64,000 nucleotides of DNA from Mobula birostris (taxonomy: Eukaryota). The stretch lies in contig NC_092395.1 of assembly GCF_030028105.1 (NCBI RefSeq), positions 44,110,459-44,174,458 on the forward strand. The letters run 5' to 3'. Of this stretch, positions 12,421 through 24,125 are shown one piece after another; position 1 is the first letter of the stretch; every line of letters starts with the position of its first letter. The translations under genes were made by a program, and so were the position numbers. Below the pieces are notes generated by a model, which had not been told where the DNA came from, did not search any database, and saw only the letters and a program-made list of their open reading frames with translations.

Positions 12421-13491
12421 CAATCGTTCAGACATGCTACCTTTGATTTTCTTTGATACAGGGACAATGATGGATGTTTTGAATCAAGAGGGCACTACAC
12501 ACTGGAAGAGGGAAAGTTAAAAATGTCTGTGAATACACCAGGCAGCTGTGCCAGGCACTCTCTGAGTACTCGTCCTGGGATGATGCCCAGCTAGCGGCTG
12601 TTGACGCAATGGAATGGCTGAAGTACCTCAGCCTCGGAGATGAACAAGGAGCAGGTTGCGCTGATGGCTCTTCACGGGGGTTCAGTGTTGACCACCTCGA
12701 GCCAAGCATAAACAAGATTTAGCTTGTCCGGGAAAGGGGCTACTATGTTGCTGAATCGCTGTGTTTCTCTTTGAAGTCTGAAATAGTGTGCAGACCTGTG
12801 TGTGTCGTTGGTGCTGAGTTGTGTCTGGATTTTGTCTCTGTAGTGATGTTGTGCTGTCTTGATGGCTGTTGGTAAGTCATAGCGACATTTCTTGAGCTCC
12901 TGATGGTTTCCGGAGCCAAAGGCTTTGTCTCACATGATAGTGCAGCACCCACGGAACTATCAATCCAAGGTTTCCGGTTTGGGTAGGCCTATAAAGATAT
13001 TTGGGGAAGAACGTCCACAATGCACTGCCGGATGAAACCTGTGACCACTTCTGTCTACTCGGAGACGTCCTCAACTTGGAACACATCCCGATCAACGTCA
13101 TTAAAGCAATCCAGTAACATGCAGTCTGATTGGTCAGACCAGGAGTACATGGTTTTCACTGTGACTAAGGATTGGCAAATGTCTTTCAACTCTAGTAAGT
13201 GTGAAGTGTTGAATTTCGGGTTGTCAAACCAGGTAGGACTTGTACAGTAAATGGTCAGACTCTTCAGAGCTATGAAAGAGGACCTGGGCGTATATGTACA
13301 TAGATTAATAGAACTGACATTACAGGTGAATAAGGTGGTGTTAGAAAGCATTTGGCATGCTGGCCTTAATTAGTCACGACACTTTTCAGGAGTTGGAACA
13401 TAAGGCTGAAGTGGTGCAGGATGTTTTAGGAACTGCATTTGGAGCGTTGTGTACCATTTTGTTCATTGTTATAGAAGAGACAGCATTAGCA

Positions 13492-16103
13492 GGGGTGGAC
13501 TTCCGGGTCATAAAGGGAATGGTGGCGTAAGGAAAAGGTCTCTCAACAAAAAAGAAGGTAAACTGCCTCAAAATCGAAATTAAACAAATACTTAATATTG
13601 TATAACTATATTAATAAAAGGGTCAAGGATGATGTCTATGAACAAGATTAAAAAGTCAGCTCAGAAGGCTGATAAACACAAAGAAACACAGCAAGGCGAC
13701 GGGCCTAGCTCCCCCATGGCAAGACAGGACGGAGATAATGAGGAGCAATCAGTGAATCTGTCTTTTATTCTCAGAGAGATTCGTGAGTTCTGACGAAATA
13801 ACAACAAACAGCTGGAAGATATTAAAGGAGAAATAGTAAAAACTAACTCGCGGATAGATGAAGCCGAAGCGAGGATTGTAGGAATTGAGGAGAAGCTACT
13901 AAACGCAAAGGATGTGATAGCAGAATGCTAAAGCTACAACAGCAGCTCCAGTGGAAGCTAATAGACCAAGAAGGCTGCTCAAGAAGGGAAAATGTGAGGA
14001 TCTACGGAGTTCCCGAAGGAGCTGAAGGTAAACCCGGATTGATGATTCACTTCGTGGAGAAGCTGCTTAGAGAGAACCTTGATATACCGGACGCAAAAGA
14101 CCTACAGATAGAAAGAGCCCACCGCGCGTTGGCACCACAGCCTCCCGCAGGAGCCCAGCACAGATCGATTCTAGTCAGATTTCTCAGTTACAGAACGAAG
14201 GAAGAGGTGCTTAAACGGGCAAGGCAAAAGAAAGGTTTCATGTGGAGCAACTGTAAAATCAGTTTAGACCACAATTGTGCACCGGGGATCCTTGCCAGAT
14301 GGGAGGAATATGCGGAAACACGGAGGGTCCTGAAGGGTTGTACTTCCAACCCCGGGCCTCCAATGAGCCCTATATAGACACTTTATTGAATTCTTTAGAT
14401 CTACCCAAGCTTACGGATTTACAAAATGAATGGCTATTAGAACCAGTAACTGTCAAAGAACTGAATGTGGCCATCTCTAGATTAAAGGCTGGAAAGTCTC
14501 CAGGTTCTGATGGGTTTACCTCAGAGTGGTACAAATCGCTGAAGTCACAGTTAGCCCCATTACTACTTAACACCTTTAATTGGATCTTGCAGAGAGGAGA
14601 AACCCCACCTTCCTGGTGAGAAGCGATTATTTCAGTTATTCCCAAAGAGGGTAAAGATAAACTAGAATGTGGTAATTATCGGCCAATTAGTGTTCTTAAT
14701 TTAGATTACAAATTATTTACATCTATATTAGCGCGCAGATTGGAAAAACTTTTACCTGACCTAATCCACTTAGACCAGACTGGATTTATTCAACAAAAAC
14801 AGACACAGGACAACATAAGGAGAACAGTATAATTAGTAGAATTAGAATTTTTCAAGATTCTGAATTCGGCTTACAGTTCAATACCAAGTAAATCAGTTTC
14901 TCAATTATATAATGCACTCTCCCATGCTAAAAATGTAAACACATTGTATATTAAAGAGAAGTGGGAGAAAGAAGTGGGGTTGGTACTTTCAGAGGAGGCT
15001 TGGGGGAAAATATGTAGCTTTCAGTGGTCTTCGACTAATTCTTTGACATGGAGAGAACATTGTTGGAAAAATATTATAAGATACTTCAAGACCCCATATC
15101 AGGAAAAATATAAAGATACAAACGTGACGTGTTGGAGAAGGTGTGGCTCAAAGGAGGCAAATCATTTCCATATTTTCTGGGATTGCCCTAAATTAAGTTT
15201 ATGTTGGAAAGGTACTCATAGAACATTAGTTAAGGTACTTAAGACCCAGATACCTCTGAACTTTGAGACACTCTATTTGGGGCATGTATTGTTTCTTGAA
15301 CAGAAGAAAGATATAAAGTTGCTGCAGGCCCTTTTAGCGGCAAGTAAGAAATCAATCACTAGAAAGTGGCTAAATCCAATACCACCTACATTAGAAGATT
15401 GGTATGAAATTATCTTGGAAATATTTAAAATGGAAAAGATGACTTACTCCCTGAGAATTCAAAAAGAAAAATTTTATCATATCTGGAATAAATGGATTGA
15501 ATATATAACCCCAAAGCGAGCAGACTTTAGATGACTCTCCTAATGATTTATACCGCTCTTCTCATCAACACAGTAATATTGCTAACATAAGCACCCCTGG
15601 TCTAAATGTATACTGTTTTTGTTTCTTTTGGGAAATGGAGAGTTAACAAAAGTAAAGGAAAAGATTTGGGAAAGGGATAAAAAATGATAAAATTAAGTAA
15701 ATAAGTACATAGGGATTGGATAATCATGTTCCGGGGTAGGAGCAAACATGAACAAGTTAGAATATAAACACCTACAATGATTGTTACATTGGTTTACATA
15801 CAACATTTTGGACCAGAAAAAAATGGTCCAGAAGAGATATATGGAAATTATTATTAATCCACTATTATTACTATTTTTCTTAACAACTAATATCATTACT
15901 TAGCCTAATAGAGTAGAATTTCAACTGCACATAATTATCTATTTAAGTGTCTAATTTCTTTTTTATATCATCTTAATGTGTACTTAGGAATGTATAAATA
16001 ATTATAGTTTTATACATATATAAAAAAAAGAAAAGGTTATACATGTGAAAAATGTTCATGATACTTGTGAATTACTTATCCAAATAATTTTTTTTTAAAA
16101 AAA
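13492..16103 (+). mobile_element. L1-clade LINE with 5' end, ORF1, two internal deletions in ORF2, 3' UTR and A-rich end
   Basis: ORF1 from about 13629 (TGA at 13791, frameshift near 13925) with RRENVRIYGVPEG, IERAHR, ILVRFLSY. ORF2 pieces [25 protein letters not shown] and the C-terminal CWRRCG..HIFWDCPKL (14944-15534). Confidence 0.93.
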
Positions 16104-16104
16104 G

Positions 16105-16500
16105 ACGGGGGGAAGGGGAGGAGGGGTGGCATTACTTGTCGGGGATATTATTACAGCTACAGAAAGGGTGGGTAATGTAGCAGGATCCTCTTTTGAGTCA
16201 GTATGGGTGGAAGTCAGGAACAGGAAGGGAGCAGTTACTCTATTGGGAGTATTCTATAGGCCCCCTCGTAGCAGCAGAGATACCGAGAAGCAGATTGGGA
16301 GGCAGATTTTGGAAAGGTGTAAAAATGACAGGGTTGTTATCATGGGTGACTTTAACTTCCCTAATATTGATTGGCACCTAATTAGTTCCAAGAGTTTAGA
16401 CAGGGCAGAGTTTGTTAATTGTCTCCAGGACGGATTCCTGTCACAGTATATTGACAGGCCGACTGGGGGAATGCCATACCAGATCTAGTATTAGGTAACA
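16105..16500 (+). mobile_element. CR1 endonuclease fragment
   Basis: ORF 16126-16488 ESVWVEVRNRKG..GVFYRPP..VIMGDFNFPNIDW. Confidence 0.9.
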
Positions 16501-16509
16501 AACTGGAAA

Positions 16510-17480
16510 CACAAAACACTGTGCAGATGTTTGGGTCAGAGCAACGCTCACAACACGCTAGAGGAACTCAACAGGTTGGGCAGCATCCGTGGAAAAGATC
16601 GGTCGATGTTTTGGGCCCGAACCCTTCGTCAGGACTGTAGAGGGAAGGAGCAGAGGCCCTATAAAGAAGGTGGGGGGAGGGTGGGAAGGAGAAGGCTGGT
16701 AGGTTCCAGGTGAAAAACCAGTAAGGGGAAAGATAAAGAGGTGGGGGAGGGGAGGCAGGGAGGTGATAGGCAGGAAAGGTGAGGAAAGAATAGGGGAAAA
16801 CACAGTGGGTAGCAGAAGGAGGCAGAACCATGAGGGAGGTGATAAGCAGCTGGGGGAGGAGTAAGAGTGACATAGGGATAGGGGAAGGGAGGGGGAGGGA
16901 ATTACCGGAAGTTGGAGAATTCTATGTTCATACCAAGGGGCTGGAGACTACCTAGACGGTATATGAGGTGTTGCTCCTCCAACCTGAGTTTAGCCTCATC
17001 ATGGCAGTAGAGGAGACCATGTATGGACACATCTGAATGGGAGTGGGAAGCAGAATAGAAGTTGGTGGCTACTGGGAGATCCTGTCTGATTTGGCGGACG
17101 GAGCAGAGGTGGTCGACGAAGCGGTCCCCCAATCTGCGTCGGGTTTCACCGCTGTAGAGAAGTCCGCACCGGGAGCACCAGATGCAATAGATGACCCCAA
17201 CAGACTCACAGACTCACGTATCCCTGTTAGCGCAAGTGCTACACCTGCCCCTACACCTCCGCTCTTGCCACCATTCATGGCCCCAAACAGTCCTTCCAAG
17301 TGAGGCAACACTTCACTTGTGAGTCTCACTTTCAAATCTCTTACTATCTCTTCTTTCAGTTACTCCTGACGAAAGCTCTCGGCTCGAAACGTCGACTGTA
17401 CCTCTTCCTATAAATGCTGCCTGGCTTGCTGCGTTCGCCGGCAATTTTTAAGTGTGTTGCACGAAATTCCAGCATCTGCA
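16510..17480 (-). mobile_element. Penelope-like element(s): GIY-YIG 3' end, a 5'-inverted segment and hammerhead-bearing pLTRs
   Basis: ORF 16902-17132 GDRFVDHLCSV..LEEQHLIYRLGSLQPLGMNIEFSNFR, preceded by VIYCIWCSRCGLLY. The plus-strand piece 17221-17326 encodes KCYTCPYT..GPKQSFQVRQHFTCES. Confidence 0.9.
17361..17398 (+). ncRNA. Minimal type I hammerhead ribozyme motif in a Penelope pLTR
   Basis: tactc-CTGACGA-a-AGC-tctcg-GCT-c-GAAAC-GTC-GACTG: intact catalytic core, 3-bp stem II, imperfect stem I. Confidence 0.7.
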
Positions 17481-17489
17481 GATTTCCTC

Positions 17490-20373
17490 CTGTTTGCGTA
17501 TTAATAGGTTTTACATGGCCTGGTGAGGCAAGCTGTCCTATTCCACTATGCCTCATCTGTGGCAAACAACTTACAAATTCAGCAGTGGCTCCAGTAAAAT
17601 TGGAAAGACACAACTACAAATCACAGCCGTATAACACGTAAAAGTGCTGGTTGATTTAAACGACTATTGGAATCTCAAAACAAAAGCAGTAAAGATTTTG
17701 TTAATAAATTCACAGTCATTAAAAGGGCTCAGGAAGCAAGTTATTTATTTGCAGAACATATTATCCAGAAAACGAAAAGCCACACTGTTGATGAAAACCT
17801 CATAATGCCAGCATATAAAATTATCGTGTGTCTAATGCTAGGACAATATGCAGTACGAAAAATTGAAAAGGTTTCACGCTCGATGATGATGATGGCTATT
17901 TCTACAATTGTGAAGATCAGGAGGGAAGAATACTCCTCAGGAGCGACGGCACGATCGTTGTTGACTGTAGAATTCTGGATCTGCAGACTGGAGCAGTTGG
18001 GGCACGAGAGCAGCGGGGATGCGGACGCTTGGGTAGTCGGATCCCTCCTGCGTCTCCTCTTCTCTTCAGTAGCCACTCTTCTGGATTCCGCAATATTCTT
18101 GTCTGCCCCGTGGACCAGCGGTCTCTGTCACAAGACAGCTGCTGTCACTCTTTGACATCGATATTTGCCGGAGGGAGCTGCTGCTTAAATTGTTCTTTGT
18201 ACCTCTTGCTCGGGACACCACGATCTCTCTTGTCCACTGTGGTCTCCACAGAGTACTGCTTCCGATAACCTGGAGTTCTCTATGCGACACATGTGGTCTG
18301 GCCACCGCAGCTGCCTGAGCAGCAAAGTGACTTCAATAATAAGACGTTCAGCCTTCTCCAAGTCTTCGTTGTTGGAGACAGGATCTTGCCAGCTGATACT
18401 TATGATGGAGCGTAGGCAGCGCTGATGAACGCGCTCGAGCAACCGGATCTGCTTACGGTACGAGACCCAGGCTTGGAAGCCGTATAGCAGTGCTGTGACG
18501 ACCGCAGCCCTGTACAGATGGATTTTTGTGCATAGCCGTAGCTAGTGGTTCTTTCACGCACTTTCCTAGAGGCGCCCGAAGGCACTGGTAGCTCTGGCGA
18601 TTCGATTGTTTTCGTCTCTTCCCGCCGTAGCGTCCTTAGAAATGACGCTGCCCAGGTAGGTGAACTGCTCAACGGTGGTGAGAGGATGGTCGTCAGTGTT
18701 GATCCCAGGTGTGTTGTGAATGCCACGAGGGGGCTTCTGATGGAGGATCATTGTTTGCTTCAGACTGACCGTTCACCCGAAAGCCCGTGCAGCTTGAGCT
18801 AACTGAGTGACTGCAGTCTGTAGCGCGTCCTCTGTGTGCTTGAGAATAGCACAGTCGTCCGCATATAGTAGCTTGAGACAGGGTTCTTGCATGGTTTTAT
18901 GTTCGGGCGACAATGCGGCCACTCTCAAACAGTACGAGAGTTCGGCGTATTGATTGCATGTCACATGATGCTGTAGAGGTTATGTGTGAGAAACTGAAAA
19001 ACAACAGCTTCTCTATACAGGTTGATGGGCCAACATATTTCACTAATAAATATTATGTTGTAGCATTTGTAAGATTTGCAAATGATGGTGAAATTAAAGA
19101 AAAAAAATCCTGTTCCTAAGAACTACCCGGACCAAGCAAAGACCAAGATATGTTTAAAGTTTCGGCTTCATATCTGGAAACAAATGTCCTGTCTTGGAGG
19201 AACAGTGCTGGTATCAGTACTGATGTTGCCCCATCAATGGCTCCCGCCTTGAGAGGTTTCATTTCTCTTGTCCAAGAAAAAAATGCACTGATTTCGTCAC
19301 AAAGAGGTACTGATGTCAAAAAGTCATGGAGATGAAATGAAGAAAGTTCTGGATGATGTTACAAAAATGGTTACTTTTATTCAAGAAAAATGGTTAGCTT
19401 TATTAAACGACTACCAGTTCACTCGAAAATGTTTAATATACTGTGTGAAAACCAGGACAAAGAGCAGACCAATCTTATGCTACATCTGGAAATCCGGTGG
19501 CTTAGAGTTATCAACAGGATGTTTGAGCTGAAAGGTGAATGGCAGCTGTACTTTTAAGAAAAATAGTCGGCCAGATTTTGCTGAGGGTCTTGAAGATTAA
19601 GAATAGCCACAGAAACTAGCCTAATTAACAGTCGTTTGTCGTCAAATAAACCAGTTGAACAAGTCTCTGCACTGTCCTGTTTAAAATGTTTTGACATCAA
19701 AAGACAAGATTCTTGAATTTAAAAATAAACTGAATCTTGAGAAAAATCATGTTGCAAAAGGAAATCTTGAAATGTTTCCACTGTTGCTTGGGCTTGAGAG
19801 TAAGGAAGGATCAGAAAGTCTCGAGTCTTATTGAAAACCACCTGGAAGAAATGCAGAGCAAAATTGACCAGTACTTTCTCTCTCTTTCATCACAAGTGTA
19901 TGACTGGGTGAGGGACCCTTTCTCCAAATCATCTGCTCAGCCTGAAAACTTGACGTTGAGAGAAGAGGAACATTGCGAGAGGCAGTCTGTTTGTTCAGTC
20001 GAGAAAACCCACCACTGAACAAGTTCTGGATTTCAGTGAAAGAAGTGTATCCCGCAGTCATAGGGAAACAATGAACACTTTGCTGCAGTTTTTAACTTCT
20101 AGCATGCATGAACAATCTTTTTCTTGTTTGTTAAGCATCAAGAACAAAGATGGAGATCATCTCATTTCCGTTCAAGGTGAATTCCGTGTGTGCTTATCTC
20201 AAAATCGATACAGAATTACGTACATGTGCGCAAAAACATGAGGACAGATTTCATATGCTTGGCCTGTATTTTAGCCTGATAATGTGAATAAAACTGTCTT
20301 AGGCTAGATTTTCATTCATATTGTTTTGTCTTATGGTTTTTAGTAACTTCACTATTTAACATGTTGTAAGCAG
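17490..20373 (+). mobile_element. hAT (Buster/Charlie-like) transposase fossil
   Basis: BED-finger-like PLCLICGKQLTNSAVAPVKLERH; AQEASYLFAEHI..KSHTVDENLIMPA; PLSNSTRVRRIDCMS..FSIQVDG..AFVRF; interrupted by an RTE and an LTR. Confidence 0.9.
17882..18918 (-). mobile_element. RTE-clade LINE 3' fragment inserted in the hAT
   Basis: LLYADDCAI, FTYLGSVIS, HQRCLRSI..SWQD..QLRW; (ATC)n 3' tail at about 17882; possible decayed TSD tcacgctc (17874-17881) / ccactctc (18919-18926). Confidence 0.9.
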
Positions 20374-21429
20374 TGTGACAACAGACCAAGTTATCAGAAG
20401 ACTGATGCCGATAAGAGAGATAAGAGAAAGAGAATGGGGAAACATTCAAAATGCTAATAAATGAGAGACGAGAGAGATTAACGAAAAGAGACACAGTTCC
20501 GAGTATTGTCAGAGACCGGTTGCTTTGAACCTGAACTGTTTGAAATTTGATGGACAGGCGATACCCCAGCAGGGGGATAAAAGGAACAGGTTCGCTAAGG
20601 CAAGGGACACACCACGACACCATGAGATAACGAGACCCTGGAAGTGCGTTGTACCCCCCCCGCCCCGCCAACAAGTTGGTGGAAGTTTTGGAGGTCTGGT
20701 CTGGGACCGCCCATAGACGCACAGGGTGAAAAGGTATGTAGCCCCCTGGCCACCCTCAGGGTCGCTCGGCTCGCTGTCGTCTAGGGAAACAGCCTCGGCC
20801 CCGCCAAACTGGGTAATTCGTTTGTGTGGATGCTGTGTGAGGTACCCCACCCCGCCCAAATAACAGACATTACACCAGATGCAATTAAATGATTTACAGT
20901 TTATAGATATTACTGGAACTATATAATTAAAAGAGAATAAAATATAAAAGGAAAATAAAAGGCGCCACACTTATCAAAGTTCAATCTCTTCGTGCACAAA
21001 AACCGTTGGAGCTCAAGGACCTTCTTCTTCACCCTGCAACCCCTCGGACCACCTCGACCGGCCGCCTGGGACCAACAACGGTGGTCGACCAGACGCTCCA
21101 CACGAGTCCGTCTCCGTCTCCTCGTCGAACGTCCCGCTCGGGGTCCGACCCCGTTAGCGGACTCACAGCACCTCGTCCATCCTCTGTCTCGCTCTCCCGC
21201 CTTCTCCCCCAAAACCCCGCGCATACAGTATCTTCAAATACACCAAAACCATAACAACTATCCCAATTGGTTAATAGCACCCTCTTATCACCCTCTAAAC
21301 CACAATAAGCTGCTAGCGCAAACTTTCTCAACGTTAAAGCACAACAAAGCCGCATTCCCCAGATTAACATAACAAAAACGCCATTTTAATTAGCCTCCGC
21401 AGTAACATAAAAATCGAAACCCCCTTACA

Positions 21430-21439
21430 CTCTCCCCCC
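21430..21439 (-). promoter_or_regulatory. Polypurine tract of the Gypsy element
   Basis: GGGGGGAGAG immediately before the TGTAAG start of the 3' LTR. Confidence 0.9.
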
Positions 21440-24107
21440 ACCAAATAAAGTCATGTCCTCATGACTTCTAAATAACTCGCCACCCAGTCCTACAGACACA
21501 CAACACACACATACACAGATACACACAGTGACAGTGCTCCCCAAACAGTGGACCTTACTCCCGTCCCACGGGCGCTAAATAGGCCAACCTATCTGGGAGC
21601 TTCTTAACCCTCTGAGACCTCCGTACCCCCTCACCTAAACCCACAAGGCTCAGACACTACTAGGGATACCTCGGGCCTGCTTGCCAACTCCTCTCTCACT
21701 CAGGCCACCACTACAGCTCGGAGCCCCCTGTCCCGTGGCCGAGGCCCCGCCTCTCCTCCTTCCTGATCCTGCCGTAACTCAGACTGCCCACAGCTAGCCC
21801 TCCCCACTACACCTGACTCAGTGAGAGAAGGGCCAAAAGTCTCTTCCTCAATCACGGGGAAGTTAGCGAAAGACAGCATATACCACATGTGCAGCACATC
21901 ATCCTTCGAATCCGTATTCTTCCTCATTCCTTCGATCGGTAGCTGCTGTTTGAGTTTCTCCAAACTGAAACATTTAGCTGGGGCTACCCCTTCAGCCTCC
22001 TGCAGTCGAGACGTCAGCTTCTTCGGGGACTCCTTCAACTCTCGCCACAGCCTCAGCAGTTCTGACTCAGGGTTCCTGGCCATCTCAATCTGGGACGCAG
22101 TTACCCCACCAGCTTCTTCCACCCTGACCTGAAAAGCAGCAGTTGAAGGATGTTCAGCCTCCGGTTGTTTCTTCCTGAGGGCGTCTTCCAGGTCAACTTT
22201 CAGTTTTTCCACTTCATTTAAACTCGCGATAGTCATCTTCAGGTTCCTTTCAAGCGTCCGCCTCCCTTTTCCGAGATCTGTCCTCCATTTCTTTACCTCC
22301 TCGGGAGTGTAGTCAAACTCCCCTCCCTGGGCTCTCGGTTTTCTGTTGACCTTAGTCAGAACACTTCCTTGATCTTCCCCAACTTGTAAAGCTTCCAATC
22401 TGTTCTGAATGGACGTCTTGAGTTTTTGCTGATCCCTTCGAAGGTGGGTCATTGTTACTTCTCGCTGGATTAATTCGTCAGTATATGACCGCAGTGCGGT
22501 GCAAATCCCCTCTCTTCCCTGTGTCTCATTCATATTGACGACCTGGGTTTCCATCCCCCGGTCCACCACCGTCTGTCCCAACACCAGGAAGTTCAACTGG
22601 TATGTCGGGTCATTTTCCTCACGTTGCACCAAACTCCTCCGGCCAAAAACTCCTCCATTTTGACACTTCGCTTCGGTCGCCCGGGCTCAGCCACTCGCCT
22701 CGCCTCATAGTCCCCCCAGGCGAATCCAAGCTCTAGACAGTCATCCACATACGTCAAAACTCCACACACCTTCACTTCCCCCATGGTTTTCCTCATGCCC
22801 CGCGGGAAGGATGCAGGGGCTCCAGATATGCCCTTGGACATCTTTTCGGATCGGAGGAATCCTAGGGAACTAGTAAAGGCCACCTTCGGCTCAACAGCCG
22901 CACTCCTCAGGGTCTGGCAACATCCACCCCTCAGATGCAGCACATTAAACCACGTCGCATCATCCACACACACGCTGCCTTCATCTTCCACGCCGCCAGG
23001 GTCCAGTTGCCGCGACCTCTCTCTCACTGAGGTGTCTTCAGCGGTCAACTCCCCTCCCTCGTGGGGTTCGGAGCATCTACTAAGAGGGTCTCACCCTCAG
23101 CTACTTTCCCCAAGCCGTACCACGGCTGGGTCTCGTTTAAATTCGGTACCGGCTCAAGGCTGCTACACACGTCCTCAGAAGCAACTCGACACGCTGGGTG
23201 CCCAGAAAATGCCTCCATGAACTCCAGGGTCATTAACCAATCATCGTCTTCTGGATAATTACCGGCACTGGTACCCAAAGTCTCCGGTGCCCTTGTGGTT
23301 GTCAAGGATAAATGCTTCAGACACCGGTTGTAAAACGAACTGTACAACAACTTGATCTGTGCGCCGGGGTCGAGGATAGGTTTAGCATCGCTTCCCTCTA
23401 TCCATAACGACACCCTGGGGCGTGGCCCCTCTAAGCCTTCAGGAATAGGGTCTTTTCCTTGCGGAAGTTCAGTGGTACATTGCTAGGAACGTGCTTCCCC
23501 AGAGACCGCAGGCCGTACCCCCACTGGGCCTCCACTAAGTTTCCCGACACCTCTCTGATCAGCTGAACAACTGATCCCCTGAAATGATCCCCCTGGCACT
23601 ACAAGCAATTTAGCCGCCCTCCTCGCCAGAGAAGACACACTGAAAACTTTCCCCCCTCTTTCAAATAACTGACAGCTGTCACTCCGGTGTAAGTGAACCT
23701 GACAGCTCTCACACCGTCACCAGCCCGCCTACTCAAACTTTCAACCAATCCCTGTCGCTCTCCCTCAACCAAGCACTGCCACTCATCTAACAACTGAGAG
23801 ATCCTCTCCGCCCACGTCTCACACGTCTCCGCCCCTCCTGGGGTGGACACTATCCCCAGTGCCAGGCGGAGCCTGCCAGAGCTAGAACATTTATTCGCAG
23901 ACTCTACCTCCAAATCAGACCACACTTTCCTCTCTCTCCCAACTGCATGGACAGCCCCGAGTGCCACCTCTAACTCGTCAATGCTAGTCTGAACTCGAAC
24001 GAAGACCGCACCCACAACGCATACAGCAATCAACAGCAAATAACCCACAGAGACACACATTACAGATTTAAACAGGGCACCCACACAGCATACCAACAGA
24101 CTCAAGC

Positions 24108-24125
24108 ATCCCGGACGAGCCCCCA
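24108..24125 (-). promoter_or_regulatory. Primer-binding site complementary to tRNA-Pro
   Basis: Minus strand reads TGGGGGCTCGTCCGGGAT, 3 nt inside the 5' LTR; the same 18-mer as the MLV tRNA-Pro PBS. Confidence 0.93.

Noticed and set aside
16520-17480. The two opposed pLTRs as terminal inverted repeats of a single element
   Set aside because: They are only distantly similar by eye and probably come from different subfamilies or insertions
17882-18918. RTE fragment as a BovB-type horizontal transfer
   Set aside because: The subfamily cannot be assigned without a database search, and RTEs are native to many fishes
20509-21372. Duplicated ORFs (MWRLLFSF.., MHKNRWSS..) as tandem genes
   Set aside because: They are translations of the two Gypsy LTR copies
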